From Octopus sinensis (Eukaryota), in the NCBI RefSeq assembly GCF_006345805.1, contig NC_043014.1:27032001-27096000 (forward strand): a DNA stretch of 64,000 nucleotides, given 5' to 3'. Below are positions 1-12,077 of this stretch, in pieces. Numbering within the stretch: the first letter of the stretch is position 1; each line of letters opens with the position of its first letter. Under the pieces are notes generated by a model that was not told the DNA's origin, did no database searches, and worked only from the letters and a program-made list of their open reading frames with translations. Both the position numbers and the translations under genes were made by a program.

Positions 1-74
1 AACTTCAGGTAGTTTTAATTGCTATTCTTAGCGGTGCGAACACCAAGTAGAGGCTCTATCAATTCAGCATCAGT

Positions 75-377
75 ATGTGTGTGTGTGTATGTGTGTGTGC
101 GCGTGTGTGTGTACACATACACACACATACACGAACGCAACTGCGTGCGCACACACATACACACGCACGCACGCATACACACACACGCACACACACATAT
201 ATATACACACATATATGTGTATATATATTTGTATGTATATATATGTATATATATATATATATATACATACACACACATACATATATATGTATATTTTTGC
301 ATGTATGTACATACATACATGCATGCATGCATACATACATACATACATACATACATACATACATACATACATACATA
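75..377. repeat. Compound microsatellite (TG)n/(CA)n/(TA)n/(CATA)n
   Basis: Direct reading of the sequence; explains the YVCM/THT ORFs. Confidence 0.95.
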
Positions 378-807
378 GAATAAGAGAAAGATAGTGCTTG
401 TATGAGGAGGAGGAGGGGGAGGAGGGGGAGGAGAGAGAGAGCAGAGTTATTTATAGGTAGAAAAAGAGAGAAAGCAATCATATGTACGCACACACTCGCA
501 CATACTTATGTATGTGTGCGTGTGTGTACATGTGATTCCAAGAGGCATAAACGGCGTATAGTGTTTCTACACAGATGTAAATGGCTGACAGCTTGCAGCT
601 TGTTGATTGACCTTTCGCTTAGGAGGGAAACAGACTGATCAACTGTTCGATTCTGTGGCTGCCTCCTAAATGTAATAACCAGCTTCGAGGTCGTTTGTAT
701 GACTTCGTATATTAGAGTACATTAGGGTTTTGCTGTGGTTTCTCTTGCGGACATTTTTGACAAGTTAATGGCAACGATGAGATTGGCGTCGTCGTCAGTG
801 CAGCTGT

Positions 808-824
808 TGCCCACTTGTGTGTGT

Positions 825-912
<88 letters not shown>

Positions 913-965
913 TGTGTGTGTGTTTGTGTGTGTGTGAGTGTGTGTGTGTGCGTGTGTGTGTGCGT
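808..965. repeat. (TG)n microsatellite
   Basis: Direct reading. Confidence 0.95.
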
Positions 966-1184
966 TGTAGACGCATATCGATATATGTGTATATATGTTT
1001 AAATGCGTATATGTAGGTATGGTGGGCATATATTTGGATACCTGTATATGTGTTTCTGTAGAGTTCTGAGTTCTGCGGAACTGCGTTGAAAGTCACTATC
1101 AATACTTATAATACATATAAACACACGCACATATCCATACAACCATCCATCTATTCATACATACATGCACACAGGTATACACAG

Positions 1185-1237
<53 letters not shown>

Positions 1238-2057
1238 TGCAGTACACCTGAAATAAGCTATGAAAGTGACCAACAGTTTATCAATAAACAATTTTGAATC
1301 TGGCAATGATGATTTTTATCAGATACGACATTATGCCCATGATCGTTGTTACATACTTTCAGTACGCAACAACGATCAAGAGAGTCAACACGCCACTACC
1401 ATCACTTCAATCAGAAAATGTGACCGTTTTGAAACAATACTCCAAATTAAATGTAATGAACTATGAAGAAAATACAAATTTTGAATAAATAAAATAAAAA
1501 ACCAAAACCATTAAACTCGAACATGTTTGAAAGAAAAGTTGTTTCCAACATATATGAATGCGAAGCGTAGCAACTCACGCAGCTTTGCATAAATGCTATT
1601 CCATTCACTTAACGGTATTGAATAGTTTTCGCTTCATTGCAATTCACACCAATTTGGATGCACAGTCTCCTATATTGTGCATGCGTGCGTGCGCGTATGT
1701 TTGTCGTTCACCGCATTGTTGTACGTGAAAGTGTTTATACACGGGACTTTTGAATGTTGACATTTCAACCTCTGAGTTTCGGCAATTACAATTCTAAATC
1801 GGAATTTATTATATGTATTAATAGTTAAGAGTAGAAATCTCTTATCAAATATGCGGACTTCATAATATCAAACTTTGAGAGGAATGCGCAAGTGTTAAAG
1901 TATCACTACTCCATCTGCATTAATGAGGTAGTTTTGAATTTCGATAGGTTGTAGCTTGTGCGTGTTTTATAAAGTACTGTTGTTGCACATCCGTCTCTTG
2001 TGATGTAAGCTGTTGATAGCCGAAACCAGAAATGTCCTACACATCAGACCTCTAGAT

Positions 2058-2201
2058 CAAGTATGGGCAACGTTTCTCATGAGGTGGAGCGCATGAGACA
2101 TGACACATCTAATGGTGGACTACACGACAAAAAAATTCAAGATAATTTTTCGTTGGTGTGCTATTCAAAAAGTTCTGCGGGCCGCAGTTTGCCCATGACT
2201 G
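2058..2201. mobile_element. Short non-autonomous hAT (Charlie/MER5-like) relic
   Basis: Left end CAAGTATGGGCAAC; right end GCGGGCCGCAGTTTGCCCATGACTG (rc CAGTCATGGGCAAAC); flanks CTCTAGAT and AGCTAGAC resemble the NTCTAGAN Charlie target. Confidence 0.6.
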
Positions 2202-2326
2202 AGCTAGACAGTGTGTAGCAGGATGAAAGTACTGATACAAAGATGTGAAAGTACTGATACAAAGATACAAAGATTGACTAACATAGGAGGTATAAGAGGT
2301 GTAGATATTATTTAAGCAGCAGTAGA

Positions 2327-3159
2327 ATAAATATATTCACCTCTCATGCATACATGCATGCATACATACATACATACATACATACATGCATACATACGTA
2401 CGTACGTACGTACGTACGTACGTACGTACGTACATACGTACGTACGTACATACGTACGTACATACATACGTACATACATACATACGTACATACATACATA
2501 CGTACGTACATACATACATACGTACATACATACGTACGTACGTACGTACGTACGTACATACATACATACATACATACATACATACATAAATATATTCACC
2601 TCTCATGCATACATGCATGCATACATACATACATACATACATGCATACATACGTACGTACGTACGTACGTACGTACATACGTACGTACGTACATACGTAC
2701 GTACGTACATACGTACGTACATACGTACGTACGTACATACGTACGTACATACATACGTACATACATACATACGTACATACATACATACGTACGTACATAC
2801 ATACATACGTACATACGTACGTACGTATGTATGTATGTATGTACGTACGTACGTACGTACGTACGTGTATGTATGTATGTATGTATGTATGTATGTACAT
2901 ACATACGTACGTACGTACGTACGTACGTACGTACGTGTACGTACGTACGTATGTATGTATGTACATACATACATACGTACATACATACATACATACGTAC
3001 GTACGTACGTACGTATGTATGTATGTACATACATACATACATACATACATACGTACATACATACATACCATACATACATACATACATACATACATACATA
3101 CATACATACATACATACATACATACATACATAACATACATACATACATACATACATACA

Positions 3160-3191
<32 letters not shown>

Positions 3192-3229
3192 CATACATAC
3201 ATACATACATACATACATACATACATACA

Positions 3230-3261
<32 letters not shown>

Positions 3262-3311
3262 CATACATACATACATACATACATACATACATACATACAT
3301 ACATACATACA

Positions 3312-3342
<31 letters not shown>

Positions 3343-3533
3343 CATACATACATACATACATACATACATACATACATACATACATACATACATACATACA
3401 TACATACATACATACATACATACATACATACATACATACATACATACATACATACATACATACATACATACATACATACACATACATACATACATACATA
3501 CATACATACATACATACTACATACATACATACA

Positions 3534-3565
<32 letters not shown>

Positions 3566-3824
3566 CATACATACATACATACATACATACATACATACAT
3601 ACATACATACATACATACATACATACATACATACATACATACATACATACATACATACATACATACATACATACATACATACATACATACATACATACAT
3701 ACATACATACATACATACATACATACATACATACATACATACATACATACATACATACCATACATACATACATACATACATACATACATACATACATACA
3801 TACATACATACATACATACATACA

Positions 3825-3853
<29 letters not shown>
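2327..3853. repeat. Long (CATA)n/(CGTA)n/(TATG)n compound microsatellite with a 259-bp-period tandem duplication
   Basis: Unique tag ATAAATATATTCACCTCTCATGC at 2327 and 2586; then about 0.8 kb of nearly pure CATA. Confidence 0.95.
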
Positions 3854-3854
<1 letters not shown>

Positions 3855-3855
<1 letters not shown>

Positions 3856-4554
3856 CAGAGGCGACTCCACGTCATTGGCGTCACTTGGGCTCATCACAGC
3901 TGTCGCATAAGACATGCCTGCTCGAAGAATTTCACGTTTTTCCGCTTTATTCCTATTCCCAAATGGCTTATATTTTATATCTAGCACTATGTCTTTATTC
4001 ATTCTGATCTTTACACACAGACGCACAGAATAACAGCAGTCAAATAACGACAGCGGAGTGCACAACAAACATCAGCGATCTGACTGTTGCCGCTACTCTT
4101 GACAAAAAATACCAGTTAGTCTTTTACACCTACCCGGCTCGTTCGTATTAGCCCGAGTTGCTGGATAATTTTCAATCATTTAAGAATATTGTAGAAAGGA
4201 AACTTTTCATAGATTGGCGTTTAAATCCTAATCTCTATAAAAAAATAAACTGTTTCAAGAGAACATTGAATTTGAATTACTTTTAATTTTTACGAACATA
4301 GATAACAACTCGAGCTGTAACTTCTGAGCTCGAGTCAGGTGCATGTGAACAATGTCTAGAAAACGTCTGCTATGAATGATATTTTCGCTGAACGAAAATA
4401 AATGAACAGCGACCAGGCTCAATAAAAGGAGCCTCCGAGTTATTGGCTGGAATTAGTGTTGACAGAAATTAAATCAGCTTGCAAATACACGTTCATTTAC
4501 TAAATTTATACTCGGGCTAAGCCCGAGCAGCCCGAGTGCTAGAGTCGCCACTGA
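3855..4554. mobile_element. About 700-bp MITE with 13-bp TIRs
   Basis: TCAGAGGCGACTC at left, GAGTCGCCACTGA at right (12/13 match); TA/AT flanks; repeated CCCGAG/CTCGGG subterminal motifs; no ORF. Confidence 0.7.
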
Positions 4555-4841
4555 TATATATATATATATATATGTGCAGAGAGATACCAGACATATACGC
4601 GCGGGTGTGTGCAGAGAGAATTACACTTTTCTATATTAAGATTGTTTTTGCAGCAACTTTATGCAAGCGTTGCCATTTAATCTTAGAATTATTTAATCTT
4701 CTCCAGGTGGTTTGATTCTTTTTCCTTTCTCTCTTTCTCTCTTTGCCTTTTTGTATATGTATGTACATATACATATATAGATAGATATATACATACATAA
4801 ATATACATACATACATACATACATATATACATACATACATA

Positions 4842-5145
4842 CGCTCTCTATTGCATTTTTGTTCCATTTATATATATATATATATATTTATACATACATA
4901 CATACATACATACATACATACATACATACATACATACATACGCTCTCTATTTCATTTTTGTTCCATTTATATATATATATATATTATACATACATACATA
5001 TACATACATACATACATACATACATACATACATACATACGCTCTCTATTTCATTTTTGTTCCATTTATATATATATATATATTTATACATACATACATAC
5101 ATACATACATACATACGCTCTCTATTGCGTTTTGTTCCATTGGCG
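4842..5145. repeat. Four tandem units of CGCTCTCTATTKCRTTTT(T)GTTCCATT + (TA)n + (CATA)n
   Basis: Unit starts at 4842, 4941, 5039, 5116; only the last continues into the LINE 3' region. Confidence 0.85.
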
Positions 5146-7570
5146 TACATACACCCTTGTGCTCACCTCATGGTAGGTATGTATCTAAATTTTGTACGAC
5201 CGTTACTTTATCTTTTATTCCCCCTCTCATTTTTCTTCCCTTCTCCTCTCCCCCTCTCTCACATTTCTTTGCCCTCTTTTTCTTTAACTCCCACTATTTC
5301 CCACTCGTTTATCTCCCTTTCACCTTCCCCTTTGTCTCTGATTTTTTTATAATCCTCCAATTCCGCTGTCCCCTACCCATCTCTTCTCTTTCCATGTGAC
5401 CGGTGTCCGGCCAACCATGATCTTTCTTTCTTGGCCTGACTGCCGACCGTCAACATGTCTTGTGTCCATCTCCCATGTTCCTGCTTTAGGCTTTTACTTC
5501 ATACATGCCAGCTCAATTTGAATCGTTCTCAGTCGAAAGACGCCTGTTGTTATTTGTTATTGTTGTGTTCGTAATTGAGTACCATGTTCTCCGTTTTTTG
5601 TTTGTTTTCGTCTTTGTTGCCGTACACATTTTACCAGCCCGATTAAAGGAGGGCGGCAGGGCAATCATCATTATGGACTCGGACGACAGACGGATCTGTC
5701 CTACACGCGACAGCTGCTATTCGACGTAACTCCACAAGTCAGCAATGCCCGGACACTGAATGAGAGCATGCAGAACGGTTTCGTTGCTTTGCGAGTATCT
5801 CGGACAAACCCGTCTGACAAGCACATCCGTGCCTGTAGAGTTTATCTCGAACCGGTAGCGCCCCTCTGTTGCACTGCCAGGACAAAGACATCTGGAAATT
5901 ATCAATAACGGTCCCTGACCGGAAAGTCCTCCGGAATAGATTTGCCAGTTCATCTTCGCCGACGGCTAGGGTCTCCCCGAGGATACCGTCGCACTTCCCC
6001 GATACTAATCCTTTGTAAATTCCGAAAGCGGAAGATCCACCAATCCTATTACCCGACTTGTACAGGAAAGTGAGCACCTGACGACATTCTAAGTACCAGG
6101 CGCCCAGTTTCGGCCTATCCTTTACCCAGGACTGCAGCTCCGTCAAGGGGACGAGCTACGGAAAGGCGTAGCTTACAAACGTTCACCTAAAAATCGCTGT
6201 AGGTGGCGTGACCTGAGTACGTGTCCGTGCATTAAAAGCCATGGCATGCCTAAGCCGCCACGCAAAGGAAGTTGGCAACAGACCGACTGCCTGACCATTG
6301 GAAAGCATCCCTTCTACAAGAAAATAAACAGGATACGTTCCAATCTAATCAAGCAGTAAGGCACGACGGTCAGATGATAAATAATGACAGAGTCAATGTA
6401 GGCATTCACCACTTCTGTCCGACCTTTCAGTGACAGCTACCTCTCTACACATTTCTGGGTAAGAAAGGTCACCCTGTTCGTTTCCTCTTCCCAATTGTTA
6501 TCCAGACCAAACCATTACCCGAGCAGTTTAACTGGTCCGTCAGTCCAGCATCCGACGGAATCGATCTGCCTCTCCAGGTACCCAGTCACAATCCCACCGA
6601 CTTGTCGGCATTCATTTTGGCCCCTGCAACCGACTCATATTCCTTTACAATGGAGCCGACCTTCTCCACTTTGGAAGCGTCCGACGGTGACGTCATCTGC
6701 ATATGCAGACACTGCCCTCCCGAGTCCAATTTCGAAAGGCAGGCTTCTTAATTGTTCCAACTTCCGCAGCAATGGCTCGAGAGTCAACACATACAGAAGT
6801 GGTGACAGTGGACAGCCTTGACGGACCGAACGAGCGATGCTAAATGGTCCCGATAGGTGGCCATTTACTTTGACCACCGAGCAGGTATCGCTGTGCATTG
6901 CAGCAATCCAGCCTCTGAAAACGGGTCCGAAACCAACCGCTTTAAGGACGGCTTCCAAGTAGCGATGGTCTAATCTATTGAAAACATTTCGACTGATCTA
7001 AATTGATCAGGGCCCCACCGAAGCCAGCTTTAGTCCCAGGCCTCTCTACGATGTATCGTATAAGGTGGAGGTTGTCGTGGATAGATCTGCTCGGAATTGC
7101 GTACGTTTATGCCTCTCTGACCAGACTACCAACGACATGCGCCAACCTTTTCGCCGACACCTTGGCCAAAATATTAAACTCGGTGTTTAGCAGAGATATG
7201 GGCCGAAAATTCACTAACACGTCCCCACTGTCGGCGTCCTTTCTCAGCAGTGTTACTATTGGAGATCTAAGGATTTCCGGAGTAGCAATGCAACACCGCC
7301 ACCCGCTCCCAATAGACAACCAAATGAGAATACCTCGTAGTCCTCGAAAATAGATGCTTGAGCGTGTTTTAGGGAGATCTTTGTTTCACTAAAGGCAACC
7401 ACATCCGAATCAAGAGACCTAAGATCATCGAGCAAGTGACCTTGCTTCCAAGCTGATCCCAGGCCACGCACATTCACACACCCCATTCTCAGCACAGCCA
7501 TGCTGATCAGAGAAAGAAAACCTTGGTTTTCGAGAAGTCCAGAAATTCCAGGCTTCTCTACTGGCGAACA
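5116..7570 (-). mobile_element. L1/Tx1-type LINE, degraded ORF2 (APE N-terminus, RT, C-terminal CCHC) plus purine-rich 3' UTR
   Basis: MAVLRMGCVNVRGL...FSETK (APE); FRPISLLNTEFNILAK, RQGCPLSPLLYVL, AYADDVTV (RT); CPRYSQSNETVLHALIQCP (zinc knuckle-like); frameshifts, stops and an internal deletion near 7258. Confidence 0.9.
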
Positions 7571-8809
7571 TTTTTTTTAATGGCCCTTCCACAGCCTTTT
7601 TTCAACAGATATTTATTAAATCCCCACATTACCTATGAAATTATAGTTTTATAAATGTCTTACGACGTTTTAATTAATAGTCTGTCCTTGAAAGATTTGA
7701 AGATGAAATCCTCAAATTCCTTTCCCTCTGTTTCTATTTTGATTTTGTTTTGACTTACAAAATCCATCAATTCACTGTTACACTAGTTCACAACAGTGAA
7801 ATTGATGGATACATTTCGTCAACAGAAGAGATTTTATTTAATTTCTAGCAATTCGTTCGACTACAATGGCGCTTTGGTTTTACCATCAGGTTTTCTTCCT
7901 CGCATTAATAAATCCCTACACTGTCATTTCACACTAAAACTTTGCTAACAACTCTACAAATTAAAACCTTTAACATTTCCTCTACCAGCTAAGACGAAGG
8001 AAGGTGGATGGAATTTAAATAAATGACATGTGGATGCCATTATTCTTCTTTTTTTTATATTTCATTTTTTCTTTTGTTTGTTTATCTACTTCGTCCACCA
8101 TTACTAGCTCTGTTGACATTACTATGTCAGTTCCCAAACATTACCGTTGCCGTAGCAATAAACAAAATATTTACACTTGCTTGCGAAATATTTTCTCTAA
8201 ATTTGTCTAAATTTAATTTATAACATATGTTTAGACATGAGTTGAGGCATAAAGAATGCAGAAACAACAAAAACCATTGTGAGCTGGTGGTTGTAATTGT
8301 CAACGACTGTTATTAATAAAGAAACGATTATTTACGCTGTGAAGGACAATGACGTGGCAGAGTCTTCTATCATAATTCTATTCACATTTAAACAACATTA
8401 TATGAATATAAACCTCTTCAAACACTTCATTGATCTTGTATTTCACCGAACCCGGAAGGATGAAAGGCAAAGTTGACCTCGGTGGAACGTGGAGAGTTGT
8501 GATTTTTCCTATCTAGCTAGCTATCGACGAACGGAATCGGTAGAGCGATGGATAGGCAAAATACATCATGGTATTTAATTGTGTCACTTTCTGAGTTTCA
8601 ATTCTCGGAGAGATCAGTTTAGCTTATCGTCCCTCCAAAATTGATAAGTACCAGTCTGCTACTGGAATTTATATAATCCTTCCCTGAATAAACGAACTTC
8701 CGCTAATGTTACAAGCCTTTGTTATTACTTTCATCGTGAACAGCGATTGGCACAATTTTGTAGATTAAAGAACAAACTACTTTTACGCCGCTTGATCAGT
8801 CTGAATTCT

Positions 8810-8940
8810 ATTCAAATAACGGTTCTAAATTCTGACACAAGGCCAGCGATCTTAGGGAAGGGTGTAAATCGATTACATCGTCCCCAGTGCTCAACTGGGA
8901 CTTATTTTATTAATCTCAAAAAGAGGAAAAGCAAAGAGCT
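8810..8940 (-). mobile_element. tRNA-derived SINE family B fragment
   Basis: Matches the family B body seen at 41230-41445 in reverse orientation. Confidence 0.6.
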
Positions 8941-9161
8941 GGAAAACATTTCTATAAATGATACTCATCTCTTACACTAATAAATAAATATTACAGTTAT
9001 TGTTTTCTTAGAAAAGGGCATGGAGGGACATCTAGTTCTTGAAAATAAAGATCTGTTCTACCATTCCCGCCATGGTAGAACAGATCTATAATCAATAATC
9101 CCCATATTCGCCATGATAGAGTAGAACTATGATCAAAGGTATTCTAGCCATGACCATCCCG

Positions 9162-10248
9162 CACGGGCGGACTGAGCCGTTGGTCAATCGGACACTGCCC
9201 GAGGGCCCAGAACTCTGAGGGGCCCGCACTCTACATATTAACTCTACTAAATCAATGCTAAGGGGGCTGGTAAACCGTTATGCCTGTAGAGAATACGACC
9301 GTGCGTAAGGAGTTGGTGACAAATATCTCCTTTTGTACACCGCACGGACGTCCCTAACAAAATAAGAAGCCAAATACATGATATAAAATACAGTGCCAAA
9401 AGGAATAAATGAGGACAGCAAACCGTTCTACTGTTTGACAGAGAAGAAGACTTTATTTACAAGGTGTACAAAGAGAGTGTGTATGAGTGCTAGCGGAGTG
9501 TTGTGTCTGGATGCGTGCGATAAGTGTTTGTGTCTGTGTGTTCGTGTGTGCGACAGAAAGGTGAATGCGTATACAACAGAAATACAGAGCATAAGGTGAA
9601 TGTCTCAGTATATTGAGTTAAGATGGAATCTGTTTACCAGTTCGTAAGTGAGGTACACGATAGCAAGAGTTCTATAACAAGCTGTTGTGGACACCAGGCA
9701 GAGACCGGTTTGGGCACATGTCATGCCGCGGTTGGGGCTTCAATGCCGTGCCGAGTCTCTTGATACAGAAAGTTCTTTCGGGTAGACTGCAACTGTTTTA
9801 CCTCGGTGAAATATTCACAAACAGCGTGGAGTTTAAACCTGGGCGATGTTGATGTGTACATATTTGAACTTGACGGTGGTGGAGACGTCCTACGGTGCTG
9901 GTGTACATTAGCGTCCTTCATGGCTGAAGCAGGAGCATGGCTGGCTGGTTGGCTGGTCGTCTGTCGCTGGAACTGGAACACGGCTGAGAAGCTCAGTGGT
10001 CAGTAACTAGACCTTAGAAGGTCTAGAGCCAAAGGCCGCGATTGAGTGGCTTATACACTGGCGCGAAATAAGTCGAAAGACAAACTGCGCCAAATGCCAA
10101 CCAATCAGATCAGTGGACACAACAGGGTTAAACTAGCCAAAGATGGTTGTAATCTCAAACGAGATCATTCCTAATATGTCTCTCAAACAGTGAGGATATC
10201 AGTCACACTACATGCCCAAGGGCCCTTAATGCTCTCAGCCCGCCCTTG
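9162..10248. mobile_element. About 1.1-kb non-autonomous TIR element with apparent 7-bp TSD
   Basis: CACGGGCGGACTGAG left vs rc CAAGGGCGGGCTGAG right; flanks CATCCCG / CATCTCG; interrupts GACCATCCCG|TCTTT. Confidence 0.7.
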
Positions 10249-11131
10249 CATCTCGTCTTTCATGTTTCCGTTATTCATTGTTTCCTGCCGTTTTTTTTAA
10301 GATAGAGTGTGATTTGGTTGCTAATTCCACAGATCAAACAATTGCATAAAAGTTCCTTCAATGAAAATTAAGTTAATTCTGTAGGTGCAATTATAATTGC
10401 GCCTACAGAATAATTATTTGCCTTCGTTAATTATCTTGAGAAATGCATTACTATTACAAATTCTTGTTTTACCGCCCAGTTATAACTCATGGTCTTCATG
10501 GCTACCCGAACAAAATCATTATGTCATCATTTGTTACCGTTTTCTACTCGCTCATCCATTTTTAACCTTTCTAACAAATTCGCAGAATATTGTGTGATAT
10601 TGCACCATGAATCTATTTGCCACAGGAAATATGACCATGATGGTTACATTTGACAATAGATCTTCTAAAGCTAAATTTAATTTTCTATAGTTAGCATCTT
10701 TATATAAGCTGTTGTTGAAAGTCATCGTTTTAGAAAATAAATCTTTACTTCAGATGTAACAATGGTGGCGGCTACTGCTTCTGCAATAAAGATGGTGTCA
10801 TGTTGTTGTCGCTATGGTTACAAGTTATGACGGACAATGGCGTGGGTTTTCAGTGGTCGTCTGTTTTGTTTAAAGCCAGAACGAAATATATAGATTTGTT
10901 TTTCTTTCCCTTTATTTCACTTTCTCTTTCGAGTTTTATTCTATTTTGATTATTCAGTCGAAATGTTTATGGTTTGTATTATGAAATCAATGTCGCTGTC
11001 ACTGTTAACGTGGAAGTCGATCTATTGATCAAGTTAGCCAATTCAAGCAGCTATACTTCAGTATTAGGAAGGGTTTTACGATTTCTACATACATTATACA
11101 TAGCTAAACCCAAACGCAGTGGTTCTCAATT

Positions 11132-11237
11132 ATGTATGTATGTATGTATGTATGTATGTATGTATGTAGTATGTATGTATGTATGTATGTATGTATGTAT
11201 GTATGTATGTATGTATGTATGTATGTATGTATGTATG
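11132..11237. repeat. (TATG)n microsatellite
   Basis: Direct reading. Confidence 0.95.
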
Positions 11238-11918
11238 TCTATTGTAATGCACTAGATATCTAATAAAACATCATTGACGAACGATAAATGGAAACTTAAA
11301 AAAAACATCATAATGATAATCCTTCCTACTTTAAGTACATGCCCTGAAATTTTGTTGGAGGAGGGACTAGTCAATTACACTGACCCAAGAACTTAACTGA
11401 TTCTTATTTTGTCAACACCCCAAAAGGAAGAAAGGCAAAGTTGACGTTGATGACATTTGAACTAAGCACTGTCCTATATGTTAACGATTTTGCCAGCTCG
11501 TCACCTCTATAGTGATTCTTATAATGCTTTCTACTATAGGTACAAGGCTTGAAATTTTGAAGGGAGATTGTTAGTTGGTTACATTGGCCCCAGTGTTTAA
11601 CTAGTACTTCTCTCATTGGCCGTGGAATGATGAAAAGAATATCGCAAAGCATTTCATTCGACGCTCAAACGATTCTGCCAAATGATACTAATAGTCTCTA
11701 ATTTAGGCACAAAACCAGCAATTTTGAATGGAGAGGATAAAATGAAGTACCCGTCAAGTAAGTACTGGGGTTCGAGTGATATTCTAAAAATATAGAAATA
11801 AAGTAACAAACTTATTGCCCACTTTGTTTTATAGAATGTACTTGTGTATAACAAAATTATGAATTATTCCTTTTTCAAGACACTCAAGCAGTTGTATAGA
11901 CTTTTTAAAGACTTCAAT

Positions 11919-12077
11919 CAGGGATGGACCCAAGGAAGGGGGCCTGAGGGGCACATGCCCCACTCAAGAAAAGAAGTGTTCTCTTCTAAGTAATGTTACG
12001 CCCTTTTCTCCAGGAATTGTATTTATTCCCTTCTGATTTTGTGTCCTCCCTTCGAAATATTCTTGGTACTGCACCTA
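11919..12077. mobile_element. Degenerate hAT-like MITE
   Basis: Begins CAGGGATGGACCCAAGG with GGGGCACATGCCCC subterminal; weak right TIR (about 10/17). Confidence 0.4.

Noticed and set aside
1294-1488. Two overlapping 60+ codon ORFs ending near an AATAAA-like tract
   Set aside because: No recognisable homology, weak acceptor, and two frames equally open.
1924-1957. let-7-like words TGAGGTAGT ... AGGTTGTAGCTT
   Set aside because: Split by 13 unrelated nt and no precursor hairpin; likely coincidence.
2222-2275. Short tandem duplication of GAAAGTACTGATACAAAGAT
   Set aside because: Ordinary slippage duplication.
15-4068. Long ORFs such as 553 aa (2346-4007) and 459 aa
   Set aside because: Translations of CATA/CGTA/TG microsatellites (YIHT, YVCM repeats); no stop codons are possible in these repeats.
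4842-5145. Regularly spaced repeats resembling a CRISPR array
   Set aside because: Spacers are microsatellites, not unique; eukaryotic context; no cas genes.
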